IMG/VR virus record: IMGVR_UViG_3300025892_000008
Direction: 5' to 3' (one strand)
Length of the DNA: 64,000 nucleotides
DNA from: a virus
Taxonomy: Duplodnaviria; Caudoviricetes
Below, piece by piece: positions 28,101-37,564 of the stretch (positions are counted from its first letter, which is position 1; each line of letters opens with the position of its first letter). The position numbers and the translations under genes are program-made. The notes below the pieces were generated by a model. The model was given only the letters and a program-made list of their open reading frames with translations, was not told the origin of the DNA and did no database searches.

Positions 28101-31100
28101 ACAAATGTATCACCACGTCTTAATCCGTGGTTTCTATCTGTAGTAAGCGTATTATTACTTGCAATATCAGTTACAGTAATAGTAAATGTTAGTACTGTAG
28201 GGTTTGCTACAGTAAATTCTACATCAAAAGCACCTCTACCTGCTGTGCTATCATTAAAATCTTCAAATTGTAATACACGATAAACATCGGTTGGCGATTC
28301 AGCAAAACGTAAACCTGTTGATGGTCTTGTAGCAACGTCAGCAAGTTCACCTGTTAAAACAATTTGAGAATTACTTCTAAGTGACAACTTCGTTCCATCT
28401 GAAATAGCAGCAAACAATCCATCAAAGTTTCCTGTTGTATCACTTGTTAAATTAAGTTTTGCAACACCTGTTGGTAAGTCTGTAGTTGAAACTGATGTAA
28501 CAGGATATCTAAAAATTAAATTACCATGGTCGACTTCAAGTTCTGAATTGTTAAGAGGAGTATAATCATAATTGTTAACATATACAACTAACCCACCCGT
28601 TACGTTTTGGAAAGAAGCACTTGGGAAATAACAATCAACTCTCTGTGCAACATCATAATACAATGTTGTAGGAGTTGGAACTTCAAGTGGGTCTGAACCA
28701 TCTGCAACCAATGCATAGATACCATGTGCAGAAGAACCACCAATACTTCTAATCTGCGCACCATTAAGTGACATGTAAGAAGCATAACAGTAATATGTAA
28801 ACATAGATACTGCTTCTGTTAAACCACCGTTAGTAGCCAACAAGCCGTAACCCATATCTGAAATCTGTGTAAAGTCATTCGATAACATTGATCTGTTACC
28901 AGGCATCAATATTTCATATTTTCTCTGATAACTGTGTGTTCCGCTGCCTGCACTAGTTGTTGCAATTTGGACACTGCCTAAAAATTGAGAAGTTATTCTA
29001 AATGTGTTACCTGTTAGTCCTGTTTCAGAAACATAATATTCTTTGCCGGCTACTATTCCTGTTGGCAATGTTCCTGTTGTACTAAAGACAATTGTAGCGC
29101 CTGCTTGTAACCCGTGATCTGTTTTAGTAAACACAGCAGGATCTGCTTGTGTAATACTTGTTAATGTTTGTGCACCGGGTGTTAAACTAAAAGGTGTAGT
29201 TTCATCAAGTACAAGTGTTGCAGTACTTCCGCTCGCACCATATACATAATCTCTAACATAGTTTACTTTGAAAATATCATCGCCAACAATAAATGATGCT
29301 GGTAGTTCTGGGAATCTATCTAGTCCTGCTACATTAATACGTGTTGTGCTTGTGCTACTAGCGTGTAAAAATTGTAAGTTACCAGCAAACCCGTCAACAA
29401 ACATACCGCCTGCAAATGTTTGTGCGTTAATAGATTTACTAAATGAAGCACATTCCTGTGCATAAGGTGACTTAGCAAGTATCTGTCCTGTTGGATCAAG
29501 TGTCATAGCAAAACCGCCATGTCCTTGCATTGTCATCGCTCTAAGTATTACAGCATCGTTACATAAGAATACGTCAAGTTTATCATTATCTTTAGGATAG
29601 TTTACACTTCCTGATCCATCAATTACATCTTCTAGTGCATCAAATAACTCTTCTAGTACACCTTCTGTACCAGTTTCTTTAACAAATGCTGCATCAGTAA
29701 TTTGAAGGAACCCTGTATTATAAACTGTTGTAATAGGATCATTAGCAATAATTTTATCTAGTATAGTTTCTAAATATGTAAGTGATGCAAGTGTTTCAGA
29801 AAGTTGAGTTGTAATTGCAAGTCTTCCACTTGCATTTTGATAATATTTTAAACCTGCTGATATAGTTCTATTGTATTCACCATACTTCAAATCAAATATC
29901 ATTGCATCTAGTATCAGTCCAACATCTCGTTTACATAATGCTTCACTATAAGTGAATGAAGATGTATAAGGTGCTATGTTATTTGTGATTTGATAGTTAA
30001 TCCAAGCAGCAATTTCTTCTTGCAAAAATGTTCTATTTAATTTTATAAGTGCTGCTGATGCTTTGTAGCCGCCGCCGTTGTTTATTCTAGGATATACAGG
30101 TTGTGTAGTATCTTCTAGGTAATGGTATCCATATAAATCGCTTGCAGTTGTAAGTCCATCAATGGTTGTATCTCTTCTAAATCTTTGGAAAGCCCAAGGA
30201 GAACTAGAAGTTCCTGCTCTTGGCTTTATGATACAACGTCTAAATTCATTACCTACAATAGCAACGTTCTGCGGAACTTTAATAGGATAGTTTTCCTCGT
30301 ACACTCCGCTTTCAAGTAAGATAGTAATTTGTGTTTGGTTACTAATATCACCATATGATAGTTCTTCACCAATTTGGAAATTACCAAACTTAATATCAAC
30401 ATCAAATATTTCATTTCCACTACTATCTAATGCACCTTCATGTGCAAGTATCTGTGCTTGTGCACCAGATGTTAAACCTTTAATAAACAAGCCTTCTCTA
30501 ATATCTCTTGTTCTAAATGCAACTTCAGTGTCTGTTAAAACATCACCAGTATAATCAGTGCGCTGTCCTTCAGTCTTTAAAAGGAATCTAGGCAAATCAG
30601 CCGCAACAGTTGGAATGCTAGTAAATCCGCTTCCACTATCAGTAACTTCGATAGCAGTAATAACACCACCAACTACGGTTGCTTCACCAAACGCACCTAC
30701 GCCGCCTCCGCCAGTAATACGTACTGAAACTAAACTGTGTCCTGATCCACCATTACTAATTGTAACGTTGTTTACTTTGTAAGTAACATTAAATGTTGCA
30801 CCCGAACCAAATGCACTATCTGAAGTAGTTGTAACTCCAGTAGAACCTGGCAATGCAGTATAGTTACCTGAACTAAGTTGTTTAAATGTTACAACACCGC
30901 CTGGTGAAGATGCAGTTGTTAAAACTTCATATTTTGCAGCGCCACCTGTTCCGCCAGCAAGAGTAATAATGTCTCCTGCTTGGTAGTTTGTTCCTACAGC
31001 ATTTAATGTAATAGTATCAACACTTAGTCTTGGTGATCCAACAAACCCTGTACCTGATGTAGGTGATGTACCAATAGTTGCTAGTTCAACTGATTTTGTT

Positions 31101-31909
31101 CCGTTAGCATAAGTTAATTTCTTTTCGTATGGACCAATATCGTCGTTAGATTCAAGTAAAATTTCTTCTGCTTTTTTACATGCTGCTTCAAGTGTTCTGT
31201 AGGCATAAGCAAGTGCTCTACCTTGTAAGGCATCTGAAACTCCTGTTCTAACATCAGAACCTGATGTTGCAACATATAAGTTTACACTCGATCCAAAAGA
31301 TGATCCGTCAACATATGATTTAGTCGCAGCAATTAATCCATCGTATCTAGCATCGTCATCCGGTTCAGGAGAACGTGAAAGAATCAACGGCCCACTCATA
31401 GTTCCAAAAGAAATATTTGTTGCGCCTGTAGCAGGATCTATTGCGTCAACACCAGCCTTTGAAATCTTTGAATCAACGTAGCCTTTGTTTGCTGCTTCAT
31501 CATCTGAAACAGGAGTAGCCATATCTTTAATACGGTATGTGTTACCACCTGAAGCAACAGATAAGTTACCACCAAGTTGTGGTGACGTATCACCTGATAT
31601 TTCAGAAAACTCTGTGCTTACAATAATTTGGTTACTATTACTAGTAGTATCAACTGCTACACCAGTTCCGCCTGTAATCTGTTTAAATTGTAGTCCGTCT
31701 GTAGTATTATTAACAGAAACAACTGCTGCTTCTTGCCCAACGAAATTGGATGGTGTATCATCAAGTCCTAAGAAAGTTAATTTTTCTCCTAAACCTAATG
31801 AACTGTATAATTCTCTAAAGTTATCGTTTACTTTACTAAACGAATCGCGGATACTATCGCCAGTTCCGTCGTTACCTACTACACCGGTATCTATTACTTT
31901 TCTTGCCAT
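25154..31909 (-). CDS. Giant (2251 aa) virion fibre/baseplate protein with C-terminal autocleaving-chaperone-like domain
   Basis: gp9/gp10-like N-terminus; repeated HG(L/F)..G.....TTG.LPTG...Y(Y/F)V modules; C-terminal ADVAEYY..D..YE.GTVL..GG..EVT. Confidence 0.7.
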   Translation of the reverse strand: MARKVIDTGVVGNDGTGDSIRDSFSKVNDNFRELYSSLGLGEKLTFLGLDDTPSNFVGQEAAVVSVNNTTDGLQFKQITGGTGVAVDTTSNSNQIIVSTEFSEISGDTSPQLGGNLSVASGGNTYRIKDMATPVSDDEAANKGYVDSKISKAGVDAIDPATGATNISFGTMSGPLILSRSPEPDDDARYDGLIAATKSYVDGSSFGSSVNLYVATSGSDVRTGVSDALQGRALAYAYRTLEAACKKAEEILLESNDDIGPYEKKLTYANGTKSVELATIGTSPTSGTGFVGSPRLSVDTITLNAVGTNYQAGDIITLAGGTGGAAKYEVLTTASSPGGVVTFKQLSSGNYTALPGSTGVTTTSDSAFGSGATFNVTYKVNNVTISNGGSGHSLVSVRITGGGGVGAFGEATVVGGVITAIEVTDSGSGFTSIPTVAADLPRFLLKTEGQRTDYTGDVLTDTEVAFRTRDIREGLFIKGLTSGAQAQILAHEGALDSSGNEIFDVDIKFGNFQIGEELSYGDISNQTQITILLESGVYEENYPIKVPQNVAIVGNEFRRCIIKPRAGTSSSPWAFQRFRRDTTIDGLTTASDLYGYHYLEDTTQPVYPRINNGGGYKASAALIKLNRTFLQEEIAAWINYQITNNIAPYTSSFTYSEALCKRDVGLILDAMIFDLKYGEYNRTISAGLKYYQNASGRLAITTQLSETLASLTYLETILDKIIANDPITTVYNTGFLQITDAAFVKETGTEGVLEELFDALEDVIDGSGSVNYPKDNDKLDVFLCNDAVILRAMTMQGHGGFAMTLDPTGQILAKSPYAQECASFSKSINAQTFAGGMFVDGFAGNLQFLHASSTSTTRINVAGLDRFPELPASFIVGDDIFKVNYVRDYVYGASGSTATLVLDETTPFSLTPGAQTLTSITQADPAVFTKTDHGLQAGATIVFSTTGTLPTGIVAGKEYYVSETGLTGNTFRITSQFLGSVQIATTSAGSGTHSYQRKYEILMPGNRSMLSNDFTQISDMGYGLLATNGGLTEAVSMFTYYCYASYMSLNGAQIRSIGGSSAHGIYALVADGSDPLEVPTPTTLYYDVAQRVDCYFPSASFQNVTGGLVVYVNNYDYTPLNNSELEVDHGNLIFRYPVTSVSTTDLPTGVAKLNLTSDTTGNFDGLFAAISDGTKLSLRSNSQIVLTGELADVATRPSTGLRFAESPTDVYRVLQFEDFNDSTAGRGAFDVEFTVANPTVLTFTITVTDIASNNTLTTDRNHGLRRGDTFVPKTTANGLTASTTYYVFDVPTYNTIQLTTSLGGTLLGGLTNGSGLSLVNVIAHKQLADYRLTFASTGTLPTGITAGITYFVLETNLTSTTFEIGTSKTSAALEVTGAGSGDITAIADGITKTTLRENYDYIDLTVYQPSESVGTTGANPVVPGAFTGLTSISVAAPAVFTTASPHGFAVGDVIRLKTTGSLPTGLNESLHYFVSNNNKDSLGASSVQFTVTTTPPALASSVEVDTSGTQSGTQTFAKVLGRAGDSTISVVPVAPQERARVANSRFVFKGEEYIVSQYESEDDLNDNYARITLNRPLEDSIIEFEGSYTIRSAVPTRSLNSYGNLTIRISLTRVTGHDLLEIGSGSYADTNYPNEIYGPAVNALNADNETQERTVGRVFYVTTDQFGNFNVGPFFKVDQGTGRVTFSAAIALSNLDGIGFKRGVPVSEFSTDSSFSDNAVDTVPTENAARLYIERRLGISHSGAKVIDANLIPSVTGGFMDLSGQQAMKANMDLNQNKIVNIANPVNPQDAMNLRSFTFDNLQNFTFTDLAANQLLVFTGNDRDAVNVTVVGDISLDIDSTANSIDAQLNPNVILDADVNATADIAQSKLLMQLAGTDVNAPTGTAAVKQARSGLASFSSTEFTVTDGWVQLKDNGTPKSALAQVAAQSVLGNDALTPGDVADIPFTTIVDAGGSVKKSQFGSVGLLARTNASSGTSDSDYGIIDYAAGDSSTVEAGKLIIRDSNGDFGGRIIDVAQYNIDGFEAVDSGTSGSGGFIRLHTFGGTGGGGGGGIFLQDGTLASDKSNFYDNDNHTFRTQNGLANAPIIASSIQVSSLTTGGNTTAGTITGRWSLTGSSPNESRLEATYSADVAEYYEGDKEYEVGTVLVFGGDKEVTTSNTGTDKRIAGVVSNTAAYVMYTACPGHKNLVALVGRVPCKVVGKIKKGDILVTAGIHGVATVSEDPKVGTIVGKAIEDYDSDHIGTIEIAVGRS

Positions 31910-31989
31910 CTTATCCCCTAGAAGTCCTTTGTTTCAATAATATTTATCAATTTATTCTGTAAGCCTAATGTAAAATAGTAAATATAACT

Positions 31990-32277
31990 ATGTTTATAGG
32001 CACCAAAAAAGTTATAACAGAACACAAAAGGAAGAGCAAGTTAGGTAGAGAACACGTTTATAACCGTATTAAAACTATCGTTGAACTCCGATGTGATAAC
32101 TGTGACAGTGTATTTACCAGGGATTTAAAAAAGATAAGCAAAGCCCGGCTAAGCAATAATTACTTTCACGTTTGTGGAGATTGTGATGCCAAGCGTTTTG
32201 CACAACGCAAAGGCGTAGAGCAAAAACAAATGTGGGATATGCCTGCTGATGCAAACATTGTAATTGGGAATAACTAA
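31990..32277 (+). CDS. Zinc-ribbon protein
   Basis: CDNC and CGDC; TAAATA (31979-31984) 5 nt before ATG. Confidence 0.7.
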   Translation: MFIGTKKVITEHKRKSKLGREHVYNRIKTIVELRCDNCDSVFTRDLKKISKARLSNNYFHVCGDCDAKRFAQRKGVEQKQMWDMPADANIVIGNN

Positions 32278-32600
32278 AACCCTACGCTTTCGCCGCAGCC
32301 ACAACTTGATGTTGAGTTAGGATTTTTAATTGTGAGATGGGAACCGAACACTTCTTCAACATAATCTATTTCAGTACCTATAAGATATAGTAAACTTGAA
32401 CTATCAATAGCAAATTCACCACTTGGAAGTTTTATAATTTCGTCATCTAATTCTTTAGAATCACTCATCTGCCAATCGTATGAAAATCCGGCACAGCCAC
32501 CGCCCTTCATTTGAAGTCGGACAATAGGCTTGCCGGTCTTTTCAATTAAGCCTTCCATATGCTTAATTGCAGAATCTGTGATGTTAACTGCGTCTGGCAT
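32274..32600 (-). CDS. iscA: A-type Fe-S carrier (IscA/HesB family)
   Basis: GGGCAGFSY and NPN..SSCGCGESV. Confidence 0.92.
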   Translation of the reverse strand: MPDAVNITDSAIKHMEGLIEKTGKPIVRLQMKGGGCAGFSYDWQMSDSKELDDEIIKLPSGEFAIDSSSLLYLIGTEIDYVEEVFGSHLTIKNPNSTSSCGCGESVGF

Positions 32601-32604
32601 CTAA

Positions 32605-32778
32605 CTATTCACTTTTCCAAATAGTCCAAGCACCATATGCAATAGCAGCATATGCTAATAAGCCGGCTAAAGGTTTTGCAATTAATACTATAATACCAAA
32701 TGCAATTAAGACTGCTCCATCCCAAGATGTTCTTTCTTGAAATGATTTGCTTACCCAACTTTTAAATGTATCTAACAT
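32605..32778 (-). CDS. 57-aa membrane protein
   Basis: Hand translation MLDTFKSWVSKSFQERTSWDGAVLIAFGIIVLIAKPLAGLLAYAAIAYGAWTIWKSE; fills the gap; GGA RBS. Confidence 0.7.
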   Translation of the reverse strand: MLDTFKSWVSKSFQERTSWDGAVLIAFGIIVLIAKPLAGLLAYAAIAYGAWTIWKSE

Positions 32779-32795
32779 GTTATTGTTTCCTTATT

Positions 32796-33017
32796 TTATT
32801 TTTTAGGTTTAACTATTTTCCATAGTTGATCAACTAGTTTAGTTTTAGTTAATCTACGGTCTAACTCAACATCATAAGCACGACCTAGTTCTTCTAGTTG
32901 TACTTTTGACATCTTTGTTAGTTCCGATTTCTTTCCGATTACTTGCTTTTTTAACACTAGAACTTCTTCTTTAGTGTCTACAGCAGGTACGAAAATCTTT
33001 TTAAGCCACTTTAGCAT
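32796..33017 (-). CDS. Basic hypothetical protein
   Basis: 73 aa with GGAG RBS. Confidence 0.65.
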   Translation of the reverse strand: MLKWLKKIFVPAVDTKEEVLVLKKQVIGKKSELTKMSKVQLEELGRAYDVELDRRLTKTKLVDQLWKIVKPKK

Positions 33018-33020
33018 AAA

Positions 33021-33578
33021 TTATTCTCCTTGTATTCTATCGTTCACGATTGGCCAGTTTATGATACGCCAAATGTTCTCAAGATATTTGTCTTTAGTTG
33101 AGTCGAGCAAATAAGAGTGTTCCCACATATCAACAAGAAAAGCAATCTGTGTTCCTTTCTTGAAATCTTGATTAGCAATTAATCCTAACTTGCCTTTGAC
33201 ATCCATATAACACCATCCACTGCCCTGAAGGCTCTTGGCTTTTTCTATGAATTCATTTTTAAATTTTTCGTAAGATCCAAACTTAGTGTTAATAAGTTCT
33301 TCAGATGCTCCTAAGGGCTTATTCCCTGAACTTGGTGATTGTAACATAGGCCAAAACAAATTATGTAAATGAGCACCACCAAAGTTAAAAGTGTCATCAC
33401 CTTCTTTGTTGTTGTATCGATCTACATATCCTTTAGACAACTTAGCATAGTGTAAATCTATACTTTCTTTGCTCATCACAGGTTCTAATGCATCACGCGA
33501 ATACGGTAATGGATTTAAAACCAATGTAGGACGTTGCTTTTCAGCCTCTATTATGATATCTTTAAGTTCTTTTAGCAT
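33021..33578 (-). CDS. sod: Fe/Mn superoxide dismutase
   Basis: LPY...ALEP, LHY, HLHNLFW, DMWEHSY metal ligands; N-terminal extension MLKELKDIIIEAE. Confidence 0.88.
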   Translation of the reverse strand: MLKELKDIIIEAEKQRPTLVLNPLPYSRDALEPVMSKESIDLHYAKLSKGYVDRYNNKEGDDTFNFGGAHLHNLFWPMLQSPSSGNKPLGASEELINTKFGSYEKFKNEFIEKAKSLQGSGWCYMDVKGKLGLIANQDFKKGTQIAFLVDMWEHSYLLDSTKDKYLENIWRIINWPIVNDRIQGE

Positions 33579-33592
33579 CTAACATATTTATG

Positions 33593-34633
33593 CTAGACTT
33601 CCTCGAAGAGAACAGAATGCTGGTGTAATGCAATACTTGCCAAATTCTTAGCCTTGCTTTCTACCATAATGTCTGCAGAGTCGTTAAACTGTAGAGCCCA
33701 GTCATTAACAGCATGATTCCACATCATATCGCTATGAGCTCGTAGTTTTTGTTTCTTAAAGCCTTGTTCAAGTAGTTCGTTCATGTTAGGTAATACGTTA
33801 GGATCATGTCCTACAAGTAAGTCTTCACGTGAAACACTGTAATGAATAACAGGACGTACACCACGCCAACTGTCAACTATGCGTAGAAATCTATCGTCGG
33901 TTGGTTGAATGTATTCACCACTAGCGACCCAGTGATGGTGTATGTCAAGAACGAGGGCAAGGTCGTTTGCAAGTTCGAGGCTTGCATCAATACCCCACGA
34001 CATTTCGTCGTTCTCGATCGTAATAATATTTCGCGCCTCTTGAGATAATCTTGGGAGAGCTCGTTGGATACCGGCTGGACCTTGCCTACCGGATATGTGT
34101 ACATTGCACTTCGCATCTTGGAAGGACTTGCCGTATCCCATCCAGCGGAAGACATCGGTGTGATATTCAAATTCTTCTATGCTCCTTTCTACAATATTAG
34201 GATTATCTGACGCAAGTACAGTGAACTGACCAGGATGCATAGACACCCTAACATCAAGTTCACGAGCTTTTGCGCCGACGTTAGCGAAGTTGGTCTCGCA
34301 ATATTTTCGTACATCAGGCTTGCGCCAGAAGTAAGACCAATCAGACTGAGTATAAACAGGCAGGACGTCACTTCCCAACCTAACCATTCGTAATTCATTT
34401 GGTAGTCCTCCTACATAACAAATAAGATTCATATACGATTGTATGTTATGGACCATAATATCCCACAATCGTTCTTCTGCAACTTCTTTAGTCTGTCTGT
34501 TTAGCCACGCAACAGTTGTTGAACGTGTATTAAAGGGACGCTGTATCTCCTCAAGAAGTTTTTTCTTCTGAGTTTGATCAGTGTACATGTATTTGCAGGC
34601 AAAGCCTATGCGTTTATATTGAGAATTCGTCAC
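33593..34633 (-). CDS. uvsE: UV-damage endonuclease (UVDE)
   Basis: RIGFAC, RLGSD, SMHPGQF, TIENDE, DIHHH, HYS, HSD, MVESK.K. Confidence 0.92.
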   Translation of the reverse strand: MTNSQYKRIGFACKYMYTDQTQKKKLLEEIQRPFNTRSTTVAWLNRQTKEVAEERLWDIMVHNIQSYMNLICYVGGLPNELRMVRLGSDVLPVYTQSDWSYFWRKPDVRKYCETNFANVGAKARELDVRVSMHPGQFTVLASDNPNIVERSIEEFEYHTDVFRWMGYGKSFQDAKCNVHISGRQGPAGIQRALPRLSQEARNIITIENDEMSWGIDASLELANDLALVLDIHHHWVASGEYIQPTDDRFLRIVDSWRGVRPVIHYSVSREDLLVGHDPNVLPNMNELLEQGFKKQKLRAHSDMMWNHAVNDWALQFNDSADIMVESKAKNLASIALHQHSVLFEEV

Positions 34634-35339
34634 GTAATATTTTCCAAGTTTCTTTATAATCTTTTACATTATAGCAGAAACCTAAGTCGTTGTCAATGAT
34701 TTCTTTTTTCAAAGGATAATCATTTCCTTCAGGATGCATATCGTCACCGAAGAAATGCAAAATATCATTTGGATTAAAATCTTTTAGTATTTGGCCTTTA
34801 TCACAGCCTTTTGGAAATATATCAATACCTGTTTCACCACCTACTTTGGCATCTATATCTGGGAATAAAGTACAAAATGCTTTTGCTATTGTGTTTCTTT
34901 CATTTATTTTTTCATCATGACCAACATATAACTTACGCTCTCCTAGTGTAGCATTTCTACCTACAACGCTAAAGTTACACATGCCTGGACGATGTTCAAA
35001 GTGTAATCCTGTTCTTAGTACAAATTCACTTTCTTTCATACACTGCGTTAGGAATTTTTCTGCTAGTTCTGGAAGTTTCCAAGAACTTGTGTGAATATTT
35101 TTCTTGCCTTGATAGACATCACATCCACTGCAATTATATACACGTTCAGCCATACCATACAGCGTGTCGCCTACTTGTTCAACTGTTTTATCTCTATCAC
35201 TACCTGTAACAAAGTAAACGTAATTAGTTTTACAAAAATGTAAAAAGAACTTTGCAAACTCTTTGTCTATTTGTTTCCTACTAGGGGTAAGTGTCCCGTC
35301 AACATCAAATATAAATCTATTACTCACTGTCATACCCAA
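34614..35339 (-). CDS. HAD hydrolase of the eukaryote-type phosphomannomutase family
   Basis: FDVDGTLT, VTGSD, GGETGIDIFPKGCDK, FFGD...GND. Confidence 0.8.
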   Translation of the reverse strand: MGMTVSNRFIFDVDGTLTPSRKQIDKEFAKFFLHFCKTNYVYFVTGSDRDKTVEQVGDTLYGMAERVYNCSGCDVYQGKKNIHTSSWKLPELAEKFLTQCMKESEFVLRTGLHFEHRPGMCNFSVVGRNATLGERKLYVGHDEKINERNTIAKAFCTLFPDIDAKVGGETGIDIFPKGCDKGQILKDFNPNDILHFFGDDMHPEGNDYPLKKEIIDNDLGFCYNVKDYKETWKILRDEFSI

Positions 35340-36148
35340 TTCTCCACAACAAATTTATCTTGTACAATACCAGGGTTTGGATCCCCATGAAATACTGCTA
35401 TACAGCATTCTAGTGGTATTTCTACATCATCTTTCTGTTCTACAAATTGTCTAACTCCATTTATCACTTGTAACTCATTTCTATTTCTAATTTCCCATTT
35501 GTAACTTTGTATCCAATGCTCTGGCCAAAACCTAATAATAGGTTTAGCACACTTCCACGTCCAATCTTGGTCACCATGTAACCTCATTGCAACTTGTGGG
35601 TTTTGTTTAAATTTTGTATAGATATACGCTTGGCTTCCATGAATCCAACTCATAACACTACTGTTTAGGTATTTCCAATCTCTATGAAATTTTCTGTTAA
35701 AGTCTCTTATTCCCATAAAGACATTGCCTTGTAAGTTTAGCAGTTTATCTATGTTATCACAAATTACAACATCTAGATCCATATATAATATTCTACCGGA
35801 CACTGGTAAATCAGCATCAAACATATGTACTTTGTGCCACCATCCTTTTGCATATCCTTCATTTGGTCGGACAATAAGTGAAACTCCTTTTATAGGAGTA
35901 GGATCATCTGTAAGGCAATACAATTTATAAGGAACAGTAGTATGTCTATCAATCATATTTCTTAGTTTTTCTACATAAGAAATAGAATACTTGTTACCAA
36001 AGCGTACACATAGTATATTAGAAATTGAAGGCTGTAAGTCTCCTCCTGTTCTTTTAAGATCTCGCGATTGTTCTTTTTCAAATTTTCTACGTAATTTATA
36101 TGCTTTACGCTGTTCTTTTGTGTATTGTGATTTGTCTAGTTTTGCCAT
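35330..36148 (-). CDS. GT-A fold glycosyltransferase with basic N-terminal extension
   Basis: GWWHK, LYMDLDVVI (DxD), NSSVM, GDQDW, VFHG.PNP. Confidence 0.75.
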   Translation of the reverse strand: MAKLDKSQYTKEQRKAYKLRRKFEKEQSRDLKRTGGDLQPSISNILCVRFGNKYSISYVEKLRNMIDRHTTVPYKLYCLTDDPTPIKGVSLIVRPNEGYAKGWWHKVHMFDADLPVSGRILYMDLDVVICDNIDKLLNLQGNVFMGIRDFNRKFHRDWKYLNSSVMSWIHGSQAYIYTKFKQNPQVAMRLHGDQDWTWKCAKPIIRFWPEHWIQSYKWEIRNRNELQVINGVRQFVEQKDDVEIPLECCIAVFHGDPNPGIVQDKFVVENWV

Positions 36149-36807
36149 CTATCAATATCCTCTGGAGTGTTTATTTCTACTCCATTAAAATCAGCATGTA
36201 GGCATCCTATATCCCAACCTGCTTTAAGCCAGCGTAATTGCTCTAACTTCTCAACTTGTTCTTCTTGTTCAACATCGTATGAACTATAAAATTCTAATAC
36301 ACTACGACTATATCCGTATATACCTAAATGCCAGTCACCATAACCTGTAATACCTCTACCGAACCATAATGCCTTATCGCCTGTTCGGATCATCTTAACA
36401 CTGTTAGGATCGTCTTGCATTTCTTTGGGCATGTCTGTCCACAATGTAGTTATTTGATAATGCTGTAAATGCCAAACACATTTCTCAATCATGTCAACTG
36501 TTACGTCGGGCATATCACCTTGCACATTTATGAATTGATCATACTGTGCAAAGAAGTCGTTTTTAATAGCACCAGCACATCGTTCTGTACCGTTTGCATA
36601 ATCAATTTGTTCTATCCAACACTTATCAGGACCAAACAAATTAAAAATACGCATATCGTCAGTAAGCACATATGTTGGTATATTAGACGCTGTACAAGCG
36701 TCATACACTCGCTTTATCATAGGAACACCATTAAGCATAGCAAGTGGTTTACCAGGGAAGCGTGTACTAGCGTATCTAGCCGGTATAAGAATAGCGGTGG
36801 ATTTCAT
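36136..36807 (-). CDS. kdsB: CMP-Kdo synthetase
   Basis: IPARYASTRFPGKPL, GTER, INVQGD.P, HLGIYGY, EKLEQLR. Confidence 0.92.
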   Translation of the reverse strand: MKSTAILIPARYASTRFPGKPLAMLNGVPMIKRVYDACTASNIPTYVLTDDMRIFNLFGPDKCWIEQIDYANGTERCAGAIKNDFFAQYDQFINVQGDMPDVTVDMIEKCVWHLQHYQITTLWTDMPKEMQDDPNSVKMIRTGDKALWFGRGITGYGDWHLGIYGYSRSVLEFYSSYDVEQEEQVEKLEQLRWLKAGWDIGCLHADFNGVEINTPEDIDRWQN

Positions 36808-37564
36808 CTACTACCTTTTTAAAGTCTTTTAAATGTAATGCGTTTGGACCATCACTAGGTGCATTATCTGGATCATGATGAACTTCTAAAAAGAAGTTTG
36901 TTATACCCATTGCAGATGCAGCACGAGCCAAGCCAGGCACATACTCACGATTACCGCCACTGCTAGTGCCCATACCTCCGGGTTTTTGAACCGAGTGCGT
37001 AATGTCATAAACAATGGGAACGTTATAATTAGACAGCATAAACTGAAGGCCAGTGAAATCAGTGACCAAAGTATTATATCCAAAACTTGTTCCCCTTTCT
37101 GTAATCCAAACTTCTTTAGCACCTTCCGTTTTAGATAAAATGTTTTCAATGTCCCAAGGTGCAAGGAACTGTCCTTTTTTAATGTTTACAATCTTGTTTG
37201 TTTTACAGGCTGCACGTACTAAGTCAGTTTGTCTACACAAGAATGCAGGTATCTGTAACACATCGATTATATCATCATAGTACGCACCAATTTTTAGAAT
37301 CTCATTGATGTTATGTACATCTGTAATAATTTTTAGACTAGGTATAATCTGCTTAAGACTTTTAAAGTCTTGCATAGTGTCCGCTAATCCCCGGCCTCTA
37401 ATGCCGTGAATACTCGACCTATTCGCCTTATCGTAACTTGCTTTAAAAATGTATTCGATACCGTGTTTATCACAAACACGTTTACATTCTTTTGCAATAG
37501 CGAGACTTTGTTCTTTTGTTTCGTGTTGACAAGGTCCTGCAATTATTCTAATATTATGCTTCAT
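36776..37564 (-). CDS. kdsA: Kdo-8-phosphate synthase
   Basis: IAGPC, KASYDKANRSS, QIPAFLCRQTDL, KKGQFL, ERG.SFGY, D.THSVQ.PGG, EVH..P..A.SD; start refined to 37564. Confidence 0.93.
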   Translation of the reverse strand: MKHNIRIIAGPCQHETKEQSLAIAKECKRVCDKHGIEYIFKASYDKANRSSIHGIRGRGLADTMQDFKSLKQIIPSLKIITDVHNINEILKIGAYYDDIIDVLQIPAFLCRQTDLVRAACKTNKIVNIKKGQFLAPWDIENILSKTEGAKEVWITERGTSFGYNTLVTDFTGLQFMLSNYNVPIVYDITHSVQKPGGMGTSSGGNREYVPGLARAASAMGITNFFLEVHHDPDNAPSDGPNALHLKDFKKVVDEIHRYSYTG

